DNA of 64,000 nucleotides from Schmidtea nova (taxonomy: Eukaryota). A program made the translations under genes and the position numbers. Shown here one piece after another: positions 24,352 through 36,600 of the stretch (positions are counted from its first letter, which is position 1; each line of letters starts with the position of its first letter). Below the pieces are notes generated by a model. It was not told the DNA's origin and did no database searches. It saw only the letters and a list, made by a program, of their open reading frames with translations. The stretch spans positions 189,658,001-189,722,000 of the forward strand of contig CM097883.1 of the NCBI GenBank assembly GCA_044892505.1, given 5' to 3'.

Positions 24352-25442
24352 TCAACTGGCCTGGAAATGCAAGAAACCGTCAAAGAGATAGTAAAACGAT
24401 GTGTCACATTTGCAAGAAGGAAAATTGACCAAGGAAAGACAAAGGAAATTTTAATTCCACACGAAAGTTCTGAATTTCTAGAACAGATTGTTGTAAATAT
24501 TGCTGTCATGGAGAGAACTTCAGTTGACAAAAGGTATGTTATCGTTCTTATTGATAGGTTTAGCAAATTAGTAAGTCTAACTGCTACAGCAAACCAAGAT
24601 GAAAAAACTATTTTGAAGACGCTAATGAACAATTGGATTTACAAATATGGTAAACCTCAAAGTATATTGACGGACAGAAGGCGAAAATTTGAAAGCAAAA
24701 ATTTGAAGGAAAAAATTAGAACAACTGGGAATAAAGCAAGAATTCGCTACGCCGTATCAACATAGGCCGAATGGCTTAGTGGAAAAAGCTATCAGAACAA
24801 TGAGAGATTTATCTGTGACTACGATGAAAGGGGGCTGTGCTGAAAAACAGTGGCACGATTTGCTGCTTTGAATTGAATTCAATATAAACACAACTTATCA
24901 AAGTGCTACAAAATATTCACTATTTTTGATAGTATATGAAATGAAAATAACATTACATGCTAATTCTAGACTCAAACATCAAGTACGAGATATTTCAGAA
25001 GAAGCACAAACGAATAACAAGCAAGCTGCTCAAAAGATGAGGAAATTCGAGGACGACAAAAGAATTAAACGACATTTAAAGGGGGAGGAGGTACTAGTAC
25101 GACGAGAACCACATAGAAGAAACAAAAATGATATTCAATATGATGGTCCATATAAAATTCTTAGATTTGTGTCAGATCATCAAGTTGAATTGCAATATCC
25201 AAATAAAACGTGGCACCGACGAATTGAATGGTTAAAGAGATGGCATCAATCTTAAGAAGGAGAGAGTAATGATATTGCATTAGAGGCCAAAGACCAAATG
25301 GGAAGCAGTTCAGTGTATATTGCGTAATTCAATCACTGTGTTAGTTATTGTATAATATATATATGACTATTTAAGAGTGATCACTCTGCATTTATAATAA
25401 ATAAATCTTTAGATGGAACCGATTGTTGTAACTGTCTTTACA
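24352..25442 (+). mobile_element. Ty3/Gypsy remnant: frameshifted integrase, polypurine tract and putative 3' LTR
   Basis: WPG/MQETVKEIVKRC (H2C2 region), IVLIDRFSKLV, YGKPQSILTD, RPNGLVEK, QYDGPYKILR (GPY/F motif). PPT aagaaggagagag at 25254-25266. TG...CA segment 25270-25442 contains AATAAA. Confidence 0.85.
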
Positions 25443-25984
25443 TTCATATTCATTTTTAATCCATTGATTTCAACAGACTATCAAAATATTTAGCAACCTA
25501 TTATTTTGAAGTTTGAATCATTGTATACTAATGACCTTCTAGGCCAAAGTGAATTTACAATATCTTTATTTGTATGTTTATTTAAAATTAACTTGTAATA
25601 ATATTAATATGGTTTAATCTTTAAAGAGGTAATTAGCCATTCTTTCGAAAGCGTAAAATCTTTTTTAATTTCTGGAGAATGTGAGACTTTGATGATAAAA
25701 TAATTTATTTCTACAATAAACATACAAAAGTCATGATCAGCATGTATTTTAACACGCTAATTGTCTCGTATACCGCTCACAGTACACGCATAGAATAATT
25801 TCTAAATCATATTGAACTTCACATGCAAACAAGCTGTGTACCGCACGTCCACATGGCACATAATGAAAACGACATTTCATAGACCCCCGGCTTGTACTAT
25901 ACCTGTTTGTAACTTCTTTTTTACAATGCCATGGTATGTAATAGTCTATTAAATACTGTTGCTATATAAGCTGTTAAAAGATAT

Positions 25985-27525
25985 TTGTTTCTAGGGATTA
26001 CTGCAACCCACATACCATGATGAATATTGTTAATACCTCACCCATGTATCCATAGTAACTCCTTAGTAAACTATGTTCGTAATGTACACGTTAGCGAGAA
26101 TCCAGTGAGCAATTGAGCTTCGTTGTCAATACTACTGTTCACTGTATTCTTTCTTTCGAGTTCCTGCAACCGAGAAAAAGGCGTACGCATATCAATTACC
26201 TTATACTTCAAATGGTCCTTATAACTTATACATTTTTATCTTCTAATGATAACACCTTATGGAATCTACCTTTTTCGTCTATCTATTTCCCCAAAAATAT
26301 CGGAATAACAACCCTCTACATTTCATTAATTCTCTTTCACTCCAGTCTATCTATATAATTTAAGTTTGATGGTCTGGCCTAAGATTCCACATCTGTGAGA
26401 ATAAAGACCAGACACAACGGAGATCCGCGACCTAATGGCCAACAAAATCTCTGCACGAAATCAGTTTATTCGGTAAAATCAATCGATCAAAGCAAAACAA
26501 ACAAATCTTTGGTAAAAAAATATTTATTATTGATTACAAATTACATAAAACGCAATTATATTTAAAGCATAATAGTTACAACAAACTTGATAGATACATA
26601 AAATAAGAACATACTTGTTTTCGAGGTACCCCAAAATTGAATAGCAACAATACTGACTGCTGCTGGCTGGCAGAAGGAAATCCACAAAAATCCGTTAAAA
26701 TATTCCGTCCGCAAAAGTAAGAAAAGAAATATGTTAACAGTACGTTTACCGTTAAAAATTATGATTTTTCAGCATTATTTATACTATTTTTGAGTTGTTG
26801 TGTGTCTAATATCAATACGGGGTTGCTACACAAATTTTCTATGTCTAGCTCTTAAGGTTAAAAAAATGCGGACTATGCGTCGAATTTTCTCTCTTTTTTA
26901 TACACTTTACCAACCCCCAACGCCAATTACTCGGGCACGCAATGACTTTACGAGTCAGCATGCACGTATTTTCGAAAAAGTTTTATGTTACTATTTTTAG
27001 TACCATTTTTCTAAAATTTATTTATTATTCATTTATTATTCATTATTCATTAAATGTTCACCTTGTTTAATGATTAAATTACTTAGCTAAAACAAAGATA
27101 ATTTAATTCAATTTAATTTAATTTATTTATTCTTTGCGAAAAGTGATTTATAATTTATTTTCCAAATATTTATTTTTAAATATTATTTAATTATGTATGT
27201 ACATTGATTAAATAAATTATTTTCCTCCTTTCTCAGTTATTTTAACGATATTTTAATGGGGATTTCTTTTATAATTTTAATAATATCTTCTCTTTATTAT
27301 AATAATAATTTTATCTTCCAATCATGCTTTTTCGTATTCAATATTCAAGCAATGATCTTCCCAATTCAATACTCGTGCGGTCTTTCGTATGTAAATTTGA
27401 CCTGCACTCAAATTCTGTGATCTCTTTTGAGATACATTTTTTGTATCGTTTTCTCCCTAACTCGACCGATTTATAAAATGTGTTTCGTATGCCTACTATT
27501 TATGCTTTAATATCCTATGTATTTT
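25985..27525. repeat. Unclassified ~1.5 kb dispersed repeat, copy 2
   Basis: Same collinear blocks as 19960-21480, with different internal insertions. Confidence 0.7.
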
Positions 27526-28231
27526 CATGCTTTTTTCCTGTTTAAGGCTCTTATGTGTTATCTTGTGATTTTAATTTAATTTTAACGTATTAAAAAATTT
27601 GAACCTCAGTTCTATCAGCCCAATAATAACATGACATCGTATAAATTTAGTATTCATCTATATGGCGGCAGTCAACGTGTTAAGTATTCTTATTTAATTT
27701 TATGGGTTAATAAAAGTATTATGGGATTTTGTACGTTATTATATAATAACTAATAAACACATAAATAACATCAATTTTTTGAATTTGCATATCACCTGAA
27801 GATAATAGATGAGCTGTCGATATATTGCAAAATTATATTTTAAAATGGTTTTCTTTCATTTATCATATATATTAAAACTTTAACTTTTAATACTTTAATT
27901 TTTATGAAACTAAAATAATTCATTAATAAAAATTCTTGAAATTTTCCTAATATCCAAATATTTTAAAATCACGTCTATACCTTGTTTACTTAATGAATTT
28001 TGTTCATTTTATTTAATATAATCAATTTGCTACTTTTCTCTGGAATTTTAAGTTAACTTTGTGCGCGGTCTCTACTTGATGTGTTACGGCTACAGTTAAA
28101 TAAATTTTATTCGGGTCTTATTTTTGCTCAAAATTACAGGGCCAGATCTGAAATTTTTCCGCCGAAATATTTCTAAAAAAATTATTGACTTTTAATACTT
28201 TAATTTTTATGAAATTAAAATAATTCATTAA

Positions 28232-28800
28232 ACCATTCAATACTGTAGGGACATATTGTCCCAAGGAATTTCTAATAATTACCAAAATAATTTAAATGCT
28301 TACAAATGTACTGAAATCTGGAATTTTAGTACTGTACGGTCATAGGCTCGTAAACAAGTCCAAACCTGTCTGCTTTTCTTCTTTTCTATAAAAATTTGTT
28401 AGTCTAGATGTTGCTAGCAAACAGTAGACACGTGTCACGCTTATTACTAACTGTGTTTTTATGTGCTGTGCTCGGAATTGCCAAGTAAGCTATTTATAAT
28501 TTTATATTACTTATTTAGTGTGCAGCAATAGTTTTTATGAGTTTTTTTATTTCCAAAAATAAAAATGGGACTTATATGTTCCAATAGTGTTAATTATTGG
28601 GATATTATGTTCCATCAGAATTGAAAAAACTATACATACAAAATTTCTGTTTTAGAATGGATAAATCTTTGTCAGACAGAGCTCCAAGATATTGTGGATA
28701 ACATTGATTTTGAAGAAGAATTAGACCCATTTCAAGACGGTGATTTTGTGCTCTAAATACTACATGAATTATTAAAATAAAAAAATCGTATTGAAAAGAT
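28232..28800 (+). mobile_element. piggyBac-like non-autonomous remnant
   Basis: Starts after TTAA (28228-28231) and has palindromic subterminal motifs gggacatattgtccc and gggacttatatgttcc. A frameshifted acidic N-terminal stub MDKSLSDR/LQDIVDNIDFEEELDPFQDGDFVL* lies at 28657-28756. Right end unclear. Confidence 0.45.
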
Positions 28801-29909
28801 TCTGTAATTTCCTGTAAACTTTAATTCCTGGAAAATTTTCTGTTAGCCTTCAAAAAAAGTTCATTGTGTATATCAAAACAAAATTCATTAATATAATTAT
28901 CAATAAATGAGCATCAATTTTCTAAAAGCATAATCAAATACTCAAATTTATTTAAATTCAATCAGGCCTTACAATAGAATAACACAATTAAAAATTCTAT
29001 AACAATTAAATAACAATATATGAATATAGACAAATATATTTGCTATAATCCAGAGTAACAATAATAATAATAATGATAACATGGCTGTAACTAAAATTAC
29101 AATATGGTGTTCGCATTATACAAATAATCTTTAATAAACATCAACCAAAATAAAAATTCACAGTGCTTTCATTCAGTAGTATGTTAATAATAAAGCCAAA
29201 ACCGGTTTTAATAATAAAAATTAAAGCAAACTGAAATCAAAACATTGCTTCCACGGTGTCATAGATTTCATCAACAAAAAAGTTAAACTGAACGACAATT
29301 GATGAAGAACACTTAGGAAAATCGAAACGTTGCTTTAATTTATGCAAAATATTTCCATTCAAGTTATCAATAACCACGATTATCAAACTGCTGAAAAAGA
29401 ATACATGAATCTATTAAATCGGTCAAAGATTAATCTATAGCAACCAAATAATCAACTGGGAAACTTAATCACAGATATAAGTTTTGAAACAAAAATACAA
29501 ATAGATTCAACGAAATAAAGCTTCACATTAACAAAGTGACCAAAATGGGTTAGGATACGTTGTTGATAAAGATTACGGTAAGAAAGAATATAATGATATT
29601 AAGTTACAAATTGATTTCAAATAAGATAAGTCAAAATAAATAGCAATAATATATTCAGTTAATTCAATTGATCGCAAATGGAATAATCTAAATCTAAAAT
29701 AAATCAAATCAAAAATATCTAAAATTATATATATATGAATTGCTGTCACATATAATTATTTTATGTCCCGATTTCGAATAGTACATAATTTATCAAATAT
29801 TAAATATTTATAATAAATAAATTCAATTCATCTATTTTAATTTTTACTTAATAGTCATGGAAAATTTTGGAACAACGGGGCTTTAAATTGGCAATATTAA
29901 AAGTCAAAA

Positions 29910-29980
<71 letters not shown>
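29910..29980. repeat. (ATT)n microsatellite
   Basis: About 24 perfect ATT units, directly visible. Confidence 0.98.
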
Positions 29981-30158
29981 CATCAATAATTCTCATAATG
30001 ATGACTATAGATCAAATTTTTTTTATAAACAATAACACAATATTTCGGCACAGCCTTTATCAAGTGTGTATAAAAATTTTGATCTATAGTCATAATTATG
30101 AGAATTATTGATAATAATAATAAAAAAAGATCAAAAGTGAAAAAAGATAATTATGATA

Positions 30159-30160
<2 letters not shown>
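29975..30160. repeat. Palindromic element, copy B, embedded between (ATT)n tracts
   Basis: Same arms and tail as copy A. Loop is acacaatatttcggcacagcctttatcaagtgtgta; ATT tracts lie on both sides. Confidence 0.85.
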
Positions 30161-30189
<29 letters not shown>

Positions 30190-31267
30190 AATTTTGTCTT
30201 ACAATCGTTTTATGGCGTGTATACTTAAAACATTAATAGAATCAGATTACCAATTTCATAAATTAAGTTTCTAAAAAATCCCAAATACAAAATAAATAAA
30301 TTTCCAAAACTCAATTATTTCTTACCTCTATATTGTAAAAGTGTTTGAATATTTTATAAAAATCGAAAAAATAAAATTCTAACCAGTGAGATTATCAAAT
30401 ATTATGACCATACACCACCTGTATTAACATAACTGTTTACTCTTTTTGAGTAAACGCAGAAATGGGAATTTCGAAAAGACACATCGAGTACAGAGACTTA
30501 TTTGTATGAAATGTTATTTATGTTCACTAGAGTAATGTCTGACTAGAGTAACATTTTTGTCGAGAAATATTCAAGTATAATAGAATAAATATTAAATTCG
30601 ACAGTCGCGTTTTTGAAATTAGGTTATTAAATTCCCGAACCAGGTGATCCAAATAGAAAAATTTAAATTAGATTTTAAAAATTTTCCAGAATATGAAACT
30701 GTCTTACTTTCGCTAGCTATCTTTTATTTTTGTATTTCTTTCCAAATGGATTGTTGTCTCATGCTTTTATAATTACTTGCAATGCATGCAGTATTTATTA
30801 TTTTATTTTCCCCGCCATGTAATCTTAATGTCGAAAATAAAATAACCTTTCATCTGACTGGATTAAAACTCAATTAATTTCTTTATGAATATTCGATGTT
30901 AAAAAATTGTTGAATAAAATCAAACGCAATACTATTAATTGCATAAATTATTTTGAGTTTTGGAAAGTGTTTAAGTGGAAATAATGCATGTCAAAAAACA
31001 CAAATTTCAAGTTTCTAAAAATAAACAAATAAAATCTTACATGTGCACGAAATGTTCGAATTATTTATTGATCATCGGAACCTAAAATAAAACCCTTTAA
31101 AACATTATCAAAACATTTTTATAATCGATACTTTTCCAAAAAAAGAAAAAAAAGAAAAAAAAGAAAAAAAGTCTTTTTAAAAATACAAGTAATGGAACGA
31201 ACGACATCAAAAATAGAGATAGAATTGTGTAGTCGCACAACAAAAAACACTCCATCAATATTTCAAT

Positions 31268-33650
31268 CTAACCTGACGACATGCATCCCGTAGAAAATTG
31301 CTCAGAAAGAGAAGTTAAATCATCGAATGGTTGAGAAACTCTAACTAAAGTGCTACCAGTCGTTGTTGTCAGTGTCGCGGAATCTGTAGAATGACAGCTC
31401 ATCTGCATTATTGATGAACTCATCGAAGTTGTTCGGGATGAAGATGTCAACAGATCAATAGCAAGTCCAGCAGCGGAATCGGAGTCTATTTGTTGAAGAG
31501 ATTCAGCCCTTTGAGATGCGTAGATAACGGAGCACTGCTGACTCGATGCGTTACTAGTCATGGAATGCGCTTCACTAAAGTCTGTTAATTCATCTATTAT
31601 AGCAGTTTCTTTAACGGGACTAATTTCATCAGTACTTGGAGATTTTGCAAGACATGTGAACTGCGATTTTTCATCAAGCAAATCATCTTCGAGTCTTTCG
31701 AACTCCTTCAATGATGATGATGAATTAGAATCATCAAAATGACAAAACTTTTGTCTTTTTCGAGATTTATCAGCATTTTCCGAGTCTAACTTTAAATCAG
31801 ACAAGATTTCCGGAGATTTGTCAAATGATTCTGTGCATTCAATAATAGGGGAAAGAGGCGCAACATCTAAATCCTCTCCGTTAGTCGTTAGAATTAAACC
31901 AGCATTAGGGTCTTCGGTTTGAATAGATAACGATAAAGTAGGCGTTTCTTTAGTAATTCGGTTGCCGAAATCATTATAATTTGTAAAATAATCACAATCA
32001 TCAATCAGTGGTGATTCTGGTTCCAACACTGGACTTAGATCATCATCAAATGTGTCATTATTATATCTATACTGTTCAACAATAAAATTAACTGAATTGT
32101 TGATAACATTCTCCACTAAATCTTCTGCTACAATAATAATTATTTCCGTATATTTCGCCGATTCAATAATAGATTCAACCATACTGTCGGACTTAACCTC
32201 GATATTCGCATATTTAATCACACCGTCAACTAATTCTGAAACTAATTTATCAATATTAGATTCCTCCAATTTGACGCCATTAAAAGTCTTTTCTATTTTA
32301 GAATTTTCGACATTGTCTTGCAAATTTGAGGAGATTGTATGAGCGTGATTTGGTTCAGAATGTTCGGGTGATTCAATTATTTCACAACTTAATGCCGTAG
32401 GCATACAAGAATTATGCCTACTATTATCCAATAAAGGTAGAATTCCTGGAATTTTCACTGGAAAGTCTGTGAGCATTTCTTCTTTCAGACATTCAATTTG
32501 ATGTGAATAATCTTCCTCCAACTCCTGATCACTATCATTTGGGGCTGAAGCGCGATCGCTACCAAGAGCTTCATAAAGATTGTCACATGTTGGATTAGAA
32601 GGTGAATCTAATTTTTCGTGTGCATACTGTTCATTTAATAATAAAGTTTTAAAAGAAGTAACTGATTCATCGACATTTAGTCGTTTGCTAGAAAGCAAGT
32701 CGTCAGGATCGATCTCTAAAGCTGAGGAGGTTACATTGTAACAACACGGATTTTGACTAAAAGATTCTGAAAAATCTGCCAAAATAAATACCTTACTAAT
32801 TTAAAAGTATCTTAAAAAGATAACAAGACAATATCAAGATAATTTAACTTAATAAAACACCTGACAACCAAATAAAGGTGGCATTACCGAAATGTTCATA
32901 AACAATATATTAAAATGCGTTAAAGCTAAATTTTAAGCAGCGCTAAGCAAAGAGCAATAATCCTATAACAACCTAGATTGCAAAATTGTATGTTGCCCAA
33001 ATTTTTAACAAAATCATCCTCGCTATCAAAATTGCATTCAGATGATGATTCCGAAGAAGACGTGGAGTCATGAAGACGATATCGTTGTAATTGGCCTTTG
33101 ATTAAAAAATTATCGGTTACAGTTTTTTCCAGTTGAATGTATTCAATGTCTTCATGTTTTAGTGAAACGTGTTTTTCTGAAATCGTCGGTGCGTTACATG
33201 TGTGGTCAAATACTTTTTTGATATTTAGCTGACAATAATTTATTAAATTATTGGGTTTTTGAGGTAATTTATAAATGGTTTCCTCCATTGAAATGCGTGC
33301 ACAAAGATGACTTTGCTGACTAACTTCATCCTCACAATGACCAGATCGATCAGAAAATGGGCTATGAATTTCTAAATCGATAACATTCGTTTTTATTTTG
33401 CTTGAAATTTTCTCGGATTCATCCCGACAACTATATATTGTAATAGGGGTAGGACTCCTTAATTCAGGACTAAAGGAATGTCTATAAACTGGTATGTTGA
33501 CTTTAGTATTAAAACTGCAATGAGAATCATTATCACTGAAGCAACTCAACTCATCGTCGGTATCAGAAGCATGTTTTTTGATTTTAAATTCAGTGAAGCT
33601 TGGCGATAAAGTACTCACGTAATAACTCGGTAATCCAATGACTTTTATTC
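31268..33650 (-). CDS. Ank: Two long ankyrin C-terminal exons (678 and 1508 nt), Ser/Asp/Glu-rich
   Basis: Open frames 32926-33699 and 31268-32782 have in-phase acceptors (ttgttag|ga at 33650, ttggcag|at at 32775). Low-complexity acidic composition. Attachment to ankyrin is inferred from strand, phase and position. Confidence 0.75.
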
Positions 33651-36600
33651 CTAACAAATTTATCAAAAAAAATAATTTTAATAAAACATACATATACAAA
33701 ATATAATTTTTTTAATTACAAGAATTTATTTTCATTTTTTCAGAGAAAATTATTTTTTTCCCTCCAAATCAACACAAATTGTTGATTTTTTATACGAAAA
33801 AATAAAATATAGAAAAATAATCAAGGATAAAAAAGATTCAAGATTTTACTGATCCACAAAATTTTGACACTGTCCTTATCAACTTTTAATTAATTTAGTT
33901 TGATAAAAGGTAATTGGGTTTATCATTGATAATTTATCGATACATTGTTATCCAATAAAATTCAATTGGGGTTATCATTGATAATTTATTGATATATTGT
34001 TATCCAATAAAATTCAATTGGGGTTATCATTGATAATTTATTGATATATTGTTATCCAATAAAATTCAATTGGGGTTATCATTGATAATTTATTGATATA
34101 TTGTTATCCAATAAAATTCAATTGGGGTTATCATTGATAATTTATCGATATATTGTTATCCAATAAAATTCAAATATTTTAGATGAATGATGAAAAATAA
34201 AGAATATGAATTGCTGAGCAATTTATACATTCAAAATCAAAGTTTGAAATAAATATAATAACCGACCATAATAAATAGCCAGATGATCAACTTTTAAAGT
34301 CAAATGTATAGTTGAGTTCATAAGTAATATACTTTAAAAAGACATTAGAGATGTATTTAAAACAGTTAAAGCAAATTTAAAATAAAAAGAAATATTTGTC
34401 CTCATTCAATGCCAACTAACCGATACAATATTATATCGAAACGAATCTCACAGCTTCATTTTGATACATGATCTCACAAGAGCATAATTAAAGAATATAT
34501 AAACAATAAGAAATTTCATTAATCTTCATTTAGGTTTCAACTTTCGATCAATGTTTTATATTTAACACTATTCGAAACTGTCTTTTCAAATGTTTAAATG
34601 AAGAAAAAAAAATTNNNNNNNNNNNNNNNNNNNNNNNNNNNNNNNNNNNNNNNNNNNNNNNNNNNNNNNNNNNNNNNNNNNNNNNNNNNNNNNNNNNNNN
34701 NNNNNNNNNNNNNNNNNNNNNNNNNNNNNNNNNNNNNNNNNNNNNNNNNNNNNNNNNNNNNNNNNNNNNNNNNNNNNNNNNNNNNNNNNNNNNNNNNNNN
34801 NNNNNNNNNNNNNNNNNNNNNNNNNNNNNNNNNNNNNNNNNNNNNNNNNNNNNNNNNNNNNNNNNNNNNNTACAGGTTAGAACAAGATCACATCGAAAGA
34901 GAAATTGAACGTCATCTCTGGTAAGAATCCATCGAAAGCTTCCAAGAAAATGTATTTGCAGCTGAACAAAAGATTGCAAGACATTGTTTCAACTTAAGCG
35001 AATTCTGCATTGATGAACTAACCGCGAGGAATCGCAACAATTGTGAACTATAAATGTCAATTTAACTATTGAGTTCATTTCAGTTAAACATTATTCTAGT
35101 TTATATAACATTTCCTTTAAATTATTTTGATTCTTAATCTTATTTATTATATATTTCATTTAAAAAGTAAATTTTTAGAATTGTATTAACGCTGTTTTGT
35201 TTCGACTTTATTTATAATCATTATAGTTAAACGAAATTCCGTATTCTTAATCAATCCAAAGCTTTAACAAATATAGAAAATTTTCACTCTTCTTTCGGGG
35301 TGCCGAATTTATTCCTCCAAAAATGTTAACGGATTAAGCATTCAAAGTTATCCAAAAAAACCTGTCGACGTTACAAGACTAGTTACCATAAATTTGGATG
35401 GGATTTCACTTCCATAGGACATTTAAACCAACAGTTGTAACCCATTATTTTGATGTCACCTAATGAAATAAATAATTGCGACTGAGATGAAAATGTTTCA
35501 TCAATCTTTGAATGTAGTAGAGAAAACCTTTGCGACTTTATAAAACAAATATTATTCAGTGGAAATGAAATCAAAACTGTACACGACATGAAAAAAGTCA
35601 AAACGAAAAAATTCTGAAGCAAATGGAATTAATTTATATTTATGAGCCAAATTAATATTTCAATAAAAAACATTATTGTTGCTGTTGTTGTTTATTTTAT
35701 AAGCAATCATAATTCATACCTAATGGCAAGCTTTCGTTTTGTTCAGATTGTTTCTCGAAATCTAAATAGTATGTTATTTGATAAGTAAAGGATAGATGGT
35801 ATATTTTTACCACAACGAATATGATCATCATTCGGAGTAGATGGAGGCGAACTAGGTTGATCCGGCTTGAATTCTGCGTAAGTGTTTTTCACTAGAAAAG
35901 GAAAAATCATAGACGCCTATGATTTATAATACGAAAACAATACATTTATGACTCGTTATGGCATTCTCTTCTTCCGGTGAATGATCCAATAAATCCGGCA
36001 GAGAAGACTTGTCAAGGACAACAATATCTGGTTTAGTAACTAAATCTGGAATTATATCGCTTTCTTCGACCGAACCTGAAAAGTAAAAAATGCAACGGGA
36101 ATATTTTATTAGAATATTACTTTCATCAAATGTCTCCTGCATTATTTCAGGTTTCGGTAGTATTTCGTCAAATTGATTGATTAAATTAACGAAGGCCTCC
36201 ATTTTCTGGTGCGAAAAAGTATCACTATCTTCGTCAGTTCTTATCACAGTTCCGGATTTTAAAATTGGTACGATTAGAGAATCATCTCCTAGAATATTAT
36301 TTTTTATATTAACACATCTAACAACATATTTTTTATTCACCATCTTCTGCGTAATCTGATGCTTGAATATCATTTTCTCTCTGCGAAGCAGAATCATCAC
36401 CAACCTCAACTACCATTGATTCGTCAACTGATCCAGTTTTGTCGGCATTCAAATAATTGTTATCTAATAAATTAGCCTATAATTATAAAGATTTTTTTGA
36501 ATTTTAACCTTCATGCTTTTCTATATCTTTTAAGGCTTGCCTCTTCTCATCTTCATCAGTAACAAAAGATATATTAACCATGCAACTTTTCACAACATCT

